Origin: Trichosphaerium sp. ATCC 40318
Lineage: Eukaryota > Protista > Tubulinea
Length of the DNA stretch: 64,000 nucleotides
Direction: 5' to 3'
Assembly: GCA_038496445.1 (NCBI GenBank)
Contig: JALMLS010000541.1
Location: 124,001-188,000, forward strand
The position numbers and the translations under genes are program-made. Below the pieces are notes generated by a model. That model had not been told where the DNA came from and ran no database searches. It saw only the letters and a program-made list of their open reading frames with translations. This document shows, piece by piece, positions 12,071-24,795 of the stretch (its first letter is position 1; each line of letters opens with the position of its first letter).

Positions 12071-13556
12071 TTATTTATCAAACATCAAAGTTATGTTCCG
12101 TGGGGCACACTTTCGATATGCGCATATTGTTTGGCGAGGTAGATAGTCTGTAGAATAGGACTGTAGCTCATAAGGAATATTCATGATATAGTGCTCACAC
12201 TCTGTGCTACAGTTAATAACATGTGTATAGACAGTATCATTAAGCTCCCAGTGTTCTTCAGAAACCTTACACTTCCACAGGAAACCAGCAACGTAACTAA
12301 GGACTTCACCTACTCCCCAGAGTTTAATCTCCGCGAATTTTGCTTGGTCCCTTTTAAACCTAAAGAATAGAGTTAGCGATTAATACAACACTGAATTTGA
12401 AGTACTCTTGTTGGGCAGAATTAATAAGACACAATCGATGATGGCCATAGCCGTACTGACCACCAAAAATATCACCCCATATATCATGCCACCATAGTTC
12501 CTTTGGGGTTTCAGAAAGGCGCCATAAGTAACAAGCAAACACACAAGGAAGCTGTAGGCTCAAAGACCAAGCAAATTGGTAGTATCCTCCAAACCCTTAG
12601 TTGAAAACATGTAAGTAAATAAATCACTGTGTTTGTTTAGTGCGTACATGCCAGTAGCCAAAGATCTGCATTTGAACTGACAAACTCTTCTCCTTCAATG
12701 GCTTTCAATATATTTAATGGTAAAATAATTTTCTCCTGAAATTCAATGCATTGCTGTATTATTTGTCTGGTTGAGCCGAAGGCATTCTTTAGTACTTCTG
12801 TTGAAACTTTTGTGCTGTTGGATGATGAGTGACGAGAGAGAAAGAGAAAGTCATTAGTGTCATATGCATTTATAAGTGGAACAACTTGTTGATACAAATT
12901 TGGCCTCAGCTATGTCACATGTAAGTTGCTGAGATTGTCAAGAGACTATACCTTTTTCAGTGTTGCTGTAACGTAAAAATAATCATCAGAGATATTATCA
13001 TAAAAAATATCTACCGCCTCCTCACTATCATTTGTTGGTTTATGCATTTCATTTAAACACTTCAATACACTCTCAACTATCTCACCGTCTTCCATATGGT
13101 AGTGCATGGTTGGTTGTTTACCCTTAGTGACTTTGGCCAATTCACTAGTCTGTATTAAGCATACTTTAAGAACTACTTTGGTTGTACCCCATTGACCTCT
13201 TTACAATGCATTTTGAAGCTTGTACAGATGCTACAGGTTCAGTAGCATCTTCATGTGAGAAAATATAGATAGTTAAGAAGCACAGGTGTTCAATTTGTTT
13301 TAATACTTCTGTTGTCTTTTTTTCAGTAGTATACGCTGTTCCCAAATCTTTATTACTGGTTTTATCATTATTTTGTTGATTGTTGGTCTTTTGGTGTACC
13401 ATATGCTACAAACAGCGCTTGAAATACAAGATATCTTCTTATTAGGACCTGAGCAGCATGTTTCCCGCTTTCTTTTCTTTATCTATTGCTACCATTACTG
13501 TTTTCTACCCAAAGCATTTAAAACTGGTTGTTTCGCACGTAGGGCGTTGAAGACAT
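12071..13556 (-). CDS. Unknown protein, tandem paralog B
   Basis: Same exon layout and motifs as 10288-11753 (MHYHM, SSNADLWLLAC, LPCVFACYLWRLS, WWHDIWGDIFGG, ITLMFDK*). Confidence 0.7.
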
Positions 13557-13710
13557 CAAGTAAAGATATAGCAAGCGGCTATCACTAGCAATACTGAAAA
13601 ATATCTTAGCCAAATAAGTGAATTAAATGAAACACTTTTCCAGAGCCCAAAAGTAGTCACACGCCCTGACCTGGTCTTAAACGTAGTCATAAACTAATCT
13701 TTATTCATTC

Positions 13711-13768
13711 ATTCCCAGCCAAGTGATGGCAACTGACATTCCCAGCCAAGTGATGTTATGCAACTGAC
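13711..13768. repeat. Short intergenic tandem duplication (two ~28-bp units)
   Basis: ATTCCCAGCCAAGTGATG-GCAACTGAC is directly followed by ATTCCCAGCCAAGTGATG-TTAT-GCAACTGAC. Confidence 0.8.
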
Positions 13769-13980
13769 CGACTTTGCCGACTCAACTCATTAGTATCAAA
13801 CATCTAAATTACTACATTTTTTTCAGCTTGTCGTTTAGCACAAATTACGTATTTTCGACGTATTCTACTTTTGCCTACACTAGGAGGGCTGTTCAACTTT
13901 CTATTTTTCTACCTGACCTGGTGAATACATTTTGAAACAAAAACTAAATTTATTGTCTTTTTTATTATTTATCATTGGCT

Positions 13981-15961
13981 TTACAATATTGCCCAGATAG
14001 CAATAACAATGGTGGATAAACAAGCAATAAGTAAACTACTTCTACTATTACTTGTATTTTGTGTAGTAGGAGTAATAACTTGTGCAGTAGGACTAACAGT
14101 TGGAGTAGCGGCTTCAAAACTTACCTGAAATAGAACGTAAGAAAAAAAGCAGAAAAGTTCAAAATTGACTTCATGTCAAAGCGTACCACTTGTAGTGTTG
14201 GAATGTTTATCTCATTAGAGAGTACTGTAGTCGACTCAGAGCTTTCAACAAAAGTTATAACTTTTGCTGCATCTTGGGCTCCAAAAATGATGTCATAGAC
14301 AGTTTGTTGCTCAGTACTTTTCTTTACCATACGTTGAACAACAATAGGACGTTCAGTACTACCAGTTACTTTTTGCCAAGCAACAATAATATCTTCAATC
14401 TCAGATGTTGTAAGTGGACGTGACACAACAAACTCGATGGTGAGATTCATCGGAGCAGTAGGTGCTACTGTAGTTGTACCAACTTGAGTAGGTGACTCAG
14501 TAGGAGGAGCAGTCGTAGCTACAGAAGGAGGAGCAGTTGTTGGCGTGTTCGTAGGAGCTGCGGTAGTAGGTGTTTGAGTTGTAGGAGATAGTGTGCTAGG
14601 CGAAGTAGTCGTTGGTGCTTCAGTGGATGGAGCGGCTGTAGAAGGAGGCCTCGTTGTTGGTGGGTTGGTAGTTGGAGGCAGTGTTGTTGGTGGTAGAGTT
14701 GTAGGTGGTAGTGTAGTTGGTGGCAAAGTTGTTGGTGGCAGAGTTGTTGGCGGCAGAGTTGTTGGTGGCAAAGTAGTTGGCGGCAGAGTTGTTGGTGGCA
14801 GTGTAGTTGGTGGCAAAGTAGTTGGCGGCAGAGTTGTCGGTGGCAGTGTAGTTGGTGGCAAAGTTGTTGGTGGAGCCGTCGTCGGTGGTAAAGTAGTCGG
14901 TGGCAATGTGGTTGGCGGAAGTGTTGTAGGGGCAGGTGTTGGTGCTAGAGTTACAGGACCTCCTGTCATTAGAGATGGAACTACAGCAATACCCCAACTA
15001 CCACTTGAAAGTTGTCCCCAAATCTGAGCGGTATTCGATTGGAAAGATGTAAGACTTTGAACTCTTAGAGTTCCATCTGTTGCAAGGAGTAGTATTTGAG
15101 TTGCAGAGAGTGTTGTTGAACCTTTAAAAAAACATAAGATTTTCCAGAAGTGATAGATATTGTTGTGTACCGAAAGCATTTTCTAATACAGCAATGTTTG
15201 TGTTTGTGGAGAATTCGCAAAGATTTGTACTTGGGGAATACTTTAGTAGTCTACTGCCACTCTGTCCAGCATACATGACTCCAGATACCGTCTCTACTAT
15301 ATAGAGGTGTAAGACTTTATTTGTGTTGTTTGTCGATGTATGGGTGGTACGTACGTGTGAACGAAGCTGGAAATGTATTGCAAATTTCGGCACTTGCACA
15401 TGTAGAAACATTGAAAGTAGACAGTATTGTGCCTGCAGCGATAATATACTCACCATCTACGTCTGTTTCTGCTGCTCCAACAGCGACAGTACCACTACAA
15501 CTCTTTACCTAAACAAACGCAAATAAGCAAAAGGCTCAGAGCACTAAAGGAATCATGGCCAAACAATGAACATCGTTGTTGGTTTGTTTTTTTATGATTT
15601 TCTGGATTTGTAGAAAACACGCACATAAGAGCAGGTTTCAGGGTCTAGGACGTGTACTTTGCCTCCCAATTCAAAATAAATGACGTTGTCGCCCCAAGGC
15701 GCCATTGCGCCTGCATTTCTGGTGATCTGGGAGAACCGGCATGCTACAGTGCGTTAAAGGTAATTGGTGTGCGAGAAAAACAATTTAGAACGTACTTCTA
15801 ATGATTACAGAAGGACGAGTTAGGTTTCTTACGTGAATACCGTCTTCTTCTGTTGTTGCGTGTACCAAATAGTTACCATTGATTACAGCGAATGCTGGCG
15901 TACAACAGGCAATAATTACACATACTGCAACTATTAACGATGTATTGTTAGCTCCTTTCAT
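13981..15961 (-). CDS. Secreted or cell-surface mucin-like glycoprotein with (PPTTL)n stalk and hydrophobic C-terminus (probable GPI signal)
   Basis: Signal peptide MKGANNTSLIVAVCVIIACCTPAFA, Cys-containing beta-rich N-terminal exons, long Pro/Thr repeat, globular segment, terminal SSLLIACLSTIVIAIWAIL*. Confidence 0.85.
14653..14930 (-). repeat. Coding minisatellite, 15-bp unit encoding PPTTL
   Basis: About 17-18 tandem degenerate 15-mers with mostly synonymous variation. Confidence 0.9.
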
Positions 15962-16757
15962 ATTTGAAGGTGTACGAAGTCCGAACTTGAAAGACGGAAA
16001 GTCCATATTTGTAAACTTTGGTTTGGTTGTTGCAAACTGTTAAGTGAAAAACACAAACTGCACCCGATAACCCAAAACTTCAGAAAAAAGTTGCCATACT
16101 ATGTACCAAATTGAATAAATAAGAATACACTCGCTTTGAGGGCGCAAGGCGACGGTATTGCAGTACTTTTCTTGTTGTGCTATCGAATGCAATTAAAACG
16201 TTTGCAACATGTTTTGTACGGGCTTTACAGGCGTAGGAGTATTGAATGTGACTATTTGTTTGGTTTGTAGGCACAGAGACTAAAAGTAAACGAGTTTTCT
16301 TTGTGGTGTTATTGCTGAAATAAATGAATGAGAAGGATTCTCGTTTAACACATGCGCGCTTGAGAATCCAGTTATAATTTTGAATAGGTTATACATGTGA
16401 ATTGTAAGTTCTTTCCTGGTTAGAGATATGATCAACGATTACAAGCTCTACCATCAAACTCAAGACAACAATAATGTTATTTTTATAACAAAGAAAAAAG
16501 ACAATCGTTCATATAGAAGTCGAATAAACTGGCATTTAGTTTCGTTGACAAGTTCGTCTAGAAAATTAACCTTGATTTTGGGTGTCTGCAGAATTTGGTA
16601 GGATAACACTTTTCATATCAATTGCTTTAAACCGGCATCAGCTGCGAGCTATACAACCCGCTGGATATGACATTATTGTACTAGGTGTTTAAACCAGAAT
16701 TGCGGTTGACGTGGCACTTTTCAAAAGCATTCGAAAAATTCAATCAAAACTTGATAA

Positions 16758-17883
16758 ATGGGCGTAAGCGCGCATGCTTTAGCATTTTTGCTTCAATGCT
16801 ACTTCATTAGCTTCTTTAATCTTATAGAACCTTCATGGCTATTATCAGTAGTATGTATAGGCGTATTGAACATAATAAGAGTAGTAAGGGCACAGGTACG
16901 CGCAATTTCACTTCAAATTCCACCTATTTATTTAAATCGATCACGGACTGGCTTTTACGATAGTAAAACAATTCCTTGGCGGCGTTTAAACGTCCAAAAA
17001 AAAACAACAACAATTAAACGAACTTTGTTTAGGGATTTGGTGTTCACCTTTTAAACTCCATTTGCTGGCTCGCCATTGGTACGAAATAGTTATTTTTTTC
17101 AAAACAAAGCACGGCCAAGTTACTAACGATTTTGTTTATTACAGCGGTAAATACCTTAGCAGTGATCTATAGTAGTAGTGCAGCTATGAGCACTAACATT
17201 TACTTCCTATTGGGTACAATAAACCGATTTTTTTGTGTTTCTTTTTTTTTGTAAAGAGGTGATGTTTTAACCACGTGCCTTGCAGGTTTTTGGTGCTGGA
17301 TGTTATCTAGAAATAATGGAAAAGCGCGCAAAGAGATGGAGACTATCTCACGTCGACAAGAAAAGGAAGAATTAGAGCAATTAAAGATTTCTCTTCAAAA
17401 TGAAAAAAATAACGTTAAAAAGCTTCAAATAAAAGAACGAAGAGTGAGACACTTGGAGGGCTATGATTTGGATGAATTAAAGTGGAATAATCTTGAAGAA
17501 TTAGATGAGACTCTAGCACGTGCACTACAGAACGTCAGAGATCACAAGGTAAAAAGAAACAGCCTACGTCGTTTTTAGACTCTAAAAAAAGCTGTAACAA
17601 TTTATTGTTATTTTTAGTTTGTAGTCACCTAACTTTTCTTCGTTTTAGGTTAGCGTTATGAATACACAAATAAAAAGAGAACTTATGGAATGTGTTGTAT
17701 GTTTCGATGAAGCTATAACTACATTATTACAACCTTGTAACCACTTGTGTCTATGCGCTGGATGCGCTAGTAGGTATGTCAAAATCATGTGTTTTCGGAA
17801 CTAATTTACAATGCAGAGTTGAAAAGTGTCCAATGTGTAATGGACCTATTGAAGCTAGGACAGCAGTTTTCTTTGCAAAGTAA
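16758..17883 (+). CDS. Membrane-anchored RING (C3HC4, IAP/MGRN-type) E3 ligase with coiled coil
   Basis: N-terminal hydrophobic segments, coiled coil, C-terminal ECVVCFDEAITTLLQPCNHLCLCAGCASRVEKCPMCNGPIEART. Confidence 0.82.
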
Positions 17884-18148
17884 AACATTACATACGTAAC
17901 CTTGAAAACAAAATGTTTATTTGGCTCTAGCTGGCACTCATGTAATCTAAAATGTACTAAAAAAAGATGTAGTTTGGTAAATTAGTCTCGTTGCTTGCAG
18001 CTTGAAAAGTTTTCCATTAAAAAATTTTAAAAGCAAGACAACACGTGTTCACTAGGTAGCGAATGTGCTGTTGACCATACACTTTCGCAAACAATGTAGA
18101 ATTTTGTGGATAAAGTACTAGATAATTTTGTTCTGTTGTAAAATTGTT

Positions 18149-19105
18149 TTATTGCTTCTTTGTTTTTTTTGGTTTCTTCAAGTATTGTTGGATGAAAAAA
18201 TTTGCAAACATCGCAAGGTACACAAGATACCAAAAAGTGGAGTACATCAAAGGTCCAATATCAGTGTCACATTGGAAAGCACCATGTACATAGTATCCAT
18301 ACCAATGAAGTAAACAGTATCCGATAAAGAACAAGAACTGAATAATTTGTCCTGTAGTCAAGAAAATTCTGACAAATCTCAAGTATTTTGGTTGCCAGTA
18401 GTATGCGTACATGAAAAAGTGAATTATGCAGTTAAGAACACCGCCAACAAGGTCAGCACCAACATAACCGTAGAATACAGCGCCTACAACTGAAACAGTG
18501 GACGAGTGATGGAGTTGGTGCAACCAGATGACATTTTTCTTTTTAGCGATCAGAAAAAAGGTGTCAGCCATCTCCCACATCTATAATAGTGATTAATAGC
18601 GACGTAAGGGAGAATAATTGGTTACAAAACTCGTAAAAATTAAAAAACAAAAGAGAAAATTCTGTGTATTTTTTTAAAGTCTCTTAAACGCTTCTTGGGC
18701 GTGTTGTAGTACCTTTGATAGATAGAAGAGATACATTAAGAAGGCAAAATTTTTAGAGCGAAATGGGTTGCAGTGGAAAGTGTGGTGAGACGCAAATCGA
18801 CCGTCAATATATGCTTGGTACGTGAATGCGACTGCCATGGCACCGGAAAAGAGTGACATGAGTACGTTGTGAATGTCAATTATCCATTTTAGTCCTTGCA
18901 TTGGCTTTCGGTCCTTCATGTACTGTGTGAAGAGGTAACAAGCAATATTGTACCCTTGGGAACTGTCAGTTTTGAACTTTTTCGCAAACGCAAAAACGTA
19001 GAGTTACCAAAAAGCCAAACTTTAAAACCTAGCGTGCGTACCAACTGCCTGCATAATGAAGACCTGAAAGTTAATACCAGGATAAAGATCTCGGGCTTCT
19101 GTCAT
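18149..19105 (-). CDS. Fatty-acid elongase (ELO/GNS1/SUR4 family)
   Basis: MKDRKP, HNVLMSLFS, FYLSK|MWEMADTFFL, LHQLHH histidine box, NCIIHFFMYAYY, TTGQIIQF, FANFFIQQY and C-terminal lysine-rich ER signal. Confidence 0.93.
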
Positions 19106-19529
19106 ATGGTTTACCGCCATGTCGGTGGTGCCGTTAATGGTTGCCATGATGCGCTTGTTGTCAACTCTTGCACACTAGTACAGTTAAGTGCGGAACGATT
19201 TTGTTTAGGAAACTGACGAATTCGGCTCTCTTGCGTACTCAACGCGCTCATTAAAGCGTACTGAGGAGCTAATATAGTAAGTTGCCAAGTTTGTAGTTAT
19301 TCCGTCAAAAAAGCGCGTATTATCTGTATTCCATGTAAAGGGAACCCGCATCAGAAAGGTCTTCTCTGTTAAGTCTGGCCTATTACTTTTGGGAACAATA
19401 TTCAACAGAGTTACAAGTCAAAACAATGGCAGTACGAAACAAGAAATGATATGCCTACGCGTAGGGCTATCGCCTTAGACACGAATTCATTGGAACTTCC
19501 AAGTATTTTTTATCTTGAGCAGCTTTTGG

Positions 19530-20009
19530 TTATGCGTCCATTAGTACTTGAATACAGGTAGGTGAAGCTCTTTTTAAGCAGTAACAAGTAGAGTTTATGT
19601 CATTGTCCTCCGCAAATTTGAACATTTGCTCACAAAACTGTGACAGATTCATTTCTTCTCCTTCCTTGCCAATCGTACCCGCGTGAAGAGGCTTTTCTTT
19701 GCCAACACAGCCCTCATAATCGTCTTCTTCTTTTTCTGGGTCAAACTCTAGGTAATGAAGATCTATTGTTCCTACTGCCACAAGCGTATCCATGTATACC
19801 TCTTCTCCTGTTTTGAAGCTGTCAATAACCGTTTCGTAGAACTCGTCTTTCCATTCGTCAACATCCATAATTGTTGGTGCTACATCCCAAAAATTGTATC
19901 TAATGGCTCTATCCATATTTGTTATTGCTGTTTTACCTTTAGCGCTACATTTTTGCTTCTTTTTAGGTTCCTCTTTCTCTGCTTTGGGTCTCTTTCGCTT
20001 AGGTGGCAT
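19530..20009 (-). CDS. Intronless small acidic protein with N-terminal NLS; unknown function
   Basis: MPPKRKRPKAEKEEPKKKQK followed by an acidic globular region; single uninterrupted ORF. Confidence 0.65.
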   Translation of the reverse strand: MPPKRKRPKAEKEEPKKKQKCSAKGKTAITNMDRAIRYNFWDVAPTIMDVDEWKDEFYETVIDSFKTGEEVYMDTLVAVGTIDLHYLEFDPEKEEDDYEGCVGKEKPLHAGTIGKEGEEMNLSQFCEQMFKFAEDNDINSTCYCLKRASPTCIQVLMDA

Positions 20010-20265
20010 GGCTGTATTTGTAAGTGTCGTGATTTTCGTGAACATTGTTCGGTCAACTGTGAAGAATAGTCACAGCTCTAACTTCGTAACGCCTCGGCCT
20101 GCGATTTCCATATTCTACACTGTACTGTACTTTTTAAGCCATGCAAAGGTTACTGTCGACCAAGGCCGTAAGTTGTGTATTCAATCAAAAGTCAATCAAC
20201 TTTTTTGAAGTCATACGCGGTAAATCTCTATTAATAAGGCCTGGTATTAATTATTATACTCCGTA

Positions 20266-23200
20266 ATGCGCTCTTCTTTAAACTCGACAATAAGTTTGTC
20301 GCTCTTCTGCTTGGTGCTCTTCTTCACTCAAACAGTTGAAGGACATAGGAATATAACGATCCGTGCGTTTATAATTCGCGTAGAACTTATTTGATCTGTT
20401 TTCTTGTTCATTTTCGGATTTCGTTTTTGGATTTTGTTTCTCTGCCTGCTAGCCCGTATTGGGTTAGAAATAATTAACGTACTGCTTATTAGAATATATT
20501 GGTGCTTGGGGCTCTTCACCTATAACATTACAATTGGTTGCTCAACTTCGGTACGATGGACTTCCTTTGGCTAAAACTTGGCCAAAACACGTGATTTCTA
20601 GAAAATACTCCGGATATTAACAATCCCCGTAGCAACCTTTTTGACTATCTTGAGGAATGGTCAAGTCTACCGGAGAATCTGTTAACTATAAATGGCGAGA
20701 AACTTGGATTTAAACTTACGTAAATAATGTTCCAGTTTTTGTTTTTTAGTTTACTAGAATTCTCTCTTTTACTTTTTTTACTCAACACAATTTGTTATTG
20801 GATTGAACCTGTTTTAGGTTTGATAACAGTGAATTTAACGAATCAAGGGCTATCGAATTACTAACAAGTGGCATCAGTGATCCTTCGATTTCTTTTCATC
20901 TTGCATACTTAGTGTCACTTCCAGTCAGAGCGTTGCAGTTCATGGAAGAACAACAGAGATTTTTGAGTACGTCTAAACAAATACGGACTCTTGTTGTTGA
21001 AGTGCTAAAATTACACAGTGCTGGCTAGCAGTATTAGTAGAGAAGTAACAAAAAACCTTAAATACACATTAAGTGTTGGACTTGCTGAAGAACGTACTTT
21101 TATTGATGCACTTCCTGATTTACGTGTTGCTGGAGCCAAGAGTGTTGTACTTATCTATGACATTGGACTTAGTGGATTACCAAGAACTGCGTGCGTTAAC
21201 GTTAACATATGTGTTAAAAAAGCACATGTTTCTAAACTATCACGTGATAGTGTATGTTTTAAGTTTCATGAAGGTGCGCGGACCAACAACTAAGGGATGA
21301 ATTGATGCTACAAGGATTCAAAATCAAAGCCGATATCGTTGTTGAAGGTACGGACTATCATTTGAATTGTCGTATTAATGTTGTTGCAGCACCTGATTCA
21401 GGAGGGTTGTCGCACCTATGGGACCCTTATACAACTTTTTCTGAACGTCGCATTGCGAATTATACAGCATCAGCACACATAGCAAGAGAACATGATGCTG
21501 ACGCATGGTGAGTGTACATAAAAGCACAGTTTTTTAAGATTCACATGTCCGTACTTTTGTACTTAATTGTACACTCTTAGGTTTTTCTGTACACAAGCCT
21601 TAGATGTCATTGGAGCATTTATGAATACGTTAAGAGAGGTTGATTATACACCTCGATATGCTGGTTTCGCTTATAAATTTCATGATTTTTCGTTCGTTGA
21701 TAATGACTTGTGGCAGTATGTCAGTGTTATGAATTTTGTACGCAACCTTTCGTTTGAATCTGTAGCTAAAAAAATATTAACTTTTAAATTTTGTTTGCAT
21801 TTTGTACGGCTCAGAGTCATAGGAAATTAGTTTTGTATTTTTTAACTACTTTCTCATTAGGTGTCACCTTACATGAGGTACCCAACTGTTCCGGAGTTTG
21901 GCAACTTCCAAGATTTCAATGGTGAGTTTTCAAAGACAAACGATGGTGCTGATACAAGAAATATTGAGTCTATAGCTTCTTTCGTTACATTTCGAAGAGC
22001 AGTACAAGATGTTGTAGCAGAATATGGTGATAGAATAATAGTAAGTCTTGGTCTTTCTCGCGTTTTCCTTTATTAATCCTCCTTCTCATCATCAAGGTAA
22101 ACGATGATTCTGCCCTTGAGCTTGTTAGCAAGTTCAATGTTTCGAATGGTTGTCCTATTGAGGAGGACACAGTACGTTATGTCTTTTTTCTATTTGTTTT
22201 TAGACAAGTTTGCAACTTTGATCCTAATTTTCCATTCCCTAGCTCCACGATGTTATACGTGAAACCATATTCCGTTTAAAGCTTGACACAATTGGTGGAA
22301 GATATTCGTGGGATGTCGATGGAGCACAGCAAAGGTAGTTTTAGGTCTTTTTATGAAGCGGTAATGTTAACGAAAAAATTACTAGAGATTGGCTTCATAC
22401 TCAAATGCAACAACAAAAAGGCGACTTTGTAATAATTGGTAAGTCACCTACTAACTAAACACCTCATTAACTTATTTAGGGCCTCCTGCAACGAAGAGTG
22501 ACGATTTGATTTATCCAATACCGAAATGGCATGAAAGAGTATTTGACCCTAAATACGGTACTAGTACTTGCTTCTGAGCCTGTGTAATATTTACAATGAT
22601 TCAAAGGTCACTGGACAGAAGTATTTGTGACGATTATAGCAATCTTGTTCTTTGTTATTAGTATCTTCTGGGGAGTATTCTTGATCTTTAGTTTGCACGA
22701 TGCAAAAGTAAAAGTACGTCAAACCTTTCTTCTTTTTTTCTTGTATTCAAGTGAAGATTCTTATTGCTTACAATTAGGCGTCATCACCCTTGTTCATGGG
22801 TATCATGCTCATAGGAAGCATGATACTGTATGTTTCAGTTTTTACAATGCTACCCAATGTGGTGAGCACGTGGACTTGCGTAGCATCGATATGGATAGTT
22901 GACCTTGGATTCGTTCTTCTCTTTGGGTACTGTATCACGTTTTTTGCTCTAATCACTGACACGGTTTTCTACCAAGCCCTTTACTTGGTAAAACTCTTCG
23001 TATTGATAGACTATACCGCATAAAGACAACAGAGATACTAAGAATCAGTGATAAAGTAGTTTTACTTTGGGTTGGTATCCTTGTTGGTTGCCACATCATA
23101 CTACTCACCTTGATGGTTCAGCTTAGGCTTTTCAATTTTGTTTACAGCACGTGGTATTTAGCTTACAACTTAAAATTTAGACTGTTGTTGGAAGCTACAA

Positions 23201-23766
23201 GAAAAACTTGGTGGTTTTAGATGATGTCATAGTGTTAAATAACTACTACAATTGCCAGGCGAACAGAGCATTTACAATAATTTTGTATATTATTGCCGCA
23301 GCCAATGTATGTACTTCAAACAAGTGTTGACTCGTTTACTTTTATAATGTATAGGCGTGTATTAATCAGGTTTTTAGGGTTTCTTGTTGGTTGTATGCAG
23401 TGTATTTGCTTTCAGAGTGCGTTCTATTCCAATCAAGAGATACAATGAGTCAAAGATTATATTCTTTACAGTCTACAATGTCGTATTCTTTTCAATTCTT
23501 GGTGTTGCACTGGCTGCATCAAATATTGATCGTTTCACCAGATACATTCTTGTATCTGTATGTATACTATTTGGAGCAGGTACGAAATACAAAACAGGTA
23601 CGTTAGAGTTATTCATATATGTTTAGCAATCACTGTAAATTGTTTCTTTTTGCATAAAGCAAAATCTTGCTTCACTAGCACAAATACAATAGGATCAACA
23701 ACAAAGACATCATCTTCTTCTATGTCTAATCGCAAGCATGTACGTACTGCATCTTCCAATGCGTAA
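20266..23766 (+). CDS. Family C (GABA-B/Grl-like) GPCR with periplasmic-binding-protein-type ectodomain
   Basis: Signal peptide and long ectodomain, then 7TM region with ASSPLFMGIMLIGSMILY, CVASIWIVDLGFVLLFG, LLGKTLRI and AFRVRSIPIKRYNESKIIFFTVYNV (class C TM5-6 signature). Confidence 0.85.
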
Positions 23767-24042
23767 TGATAAATAAACCTATGTCCTACCAAGATGTGTT
23801 TCGTTACATCTTAACTGCTCTTATTTTGTAACAAATCAGTGAGAACTGTGTAAGTGGCTTCCCACTGATAGTAAAAAAAAACTTGTGAATGTTACAAGCA
23901 GTTAACACTTATACCGGATTAAACCTGTAAACAACGTATAATTTGTATGACTATTACAACCAAACTTCAGAAAGGTCGTAAGGAACTCTCAACTTAAGTG
24001 TCGGAAAGTGTTGAGTTTAAGCTGGCGAACAAATCATTCACT

Positions 24043-24647
24043 ATGTCGCAATTACCATCTCCAATACAATCACCGTGCAAAAGAAAAGGAACCGCTTTGC
24101 AAGACGGAGCACCACCAAAACGCGCGAAGACAAAGTCAAATGATGGAAACCAATTCAGTCTTGCCCTTGACACTGCTTGCTTTGATAGTGAAATCAAAGA
24201 TGAAACAAAGCCAACGCAGGATGCAAGCATGGTTAATGATCGAAGAGATACACTACTGCCTCCTGTGGATGAGACAAAAGGAGAAGAAGTAGTGGAAGGA
24301 TGCTCCGTTGAGACTGAAGCAGAGCGCGTAGCGGAAACACAATGCGATGCACTGAAAGAGGAAAATGAGAAGCTAAAACAACAGGTACTATGCTCTTTGT
24401 TACGTATTTCACACCTTGTAGATAAGCGATATGCAAGATTTGAAGTGCCTAAATCTCATCAATGACGATGCTTCCAGACTTCAGCACGACGCAGGTTTGC
24501 AATGTTATCTTAAAGTGCCTTTTACTCATCTTTAACTATGTAGCGACTATGGCTTTAGATGAACTACGCGTTGACATGCAAGTTCTTAACAACAAACTAC
24601 GCGCTTTCTTGAAGCTTATAAAGATGAGATTTACGTCGTTCACCTAG
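24043..24647 (+). CDS. Hypothetical protein with NLS and C-terminal coiled coil
   Basis: MSQLPSPIQSPCKRKG...PPKRAK, then DALKEENEKLKQQ spliced to further coiled-coil exons. Confidence 0.55.
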
Positions 24648-24795
24648 AACAGCTTTTCAAAAAAACCAAACTCTTAAACAAACTCATTCTACTGTAAAGT
24701 GAGCTTTATACCCCATTTGGTGGTACATTAAAATATACAATACTAAACGCGTAGCGCTTACTATCTACGCGATACCTAAAAAAAACCATGAGGCT

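Noticed and set aside
14593-15027. Plus-strand ORF rich in VVGG
   Set aside because: Antisense shadow of the PPTTL repeat.
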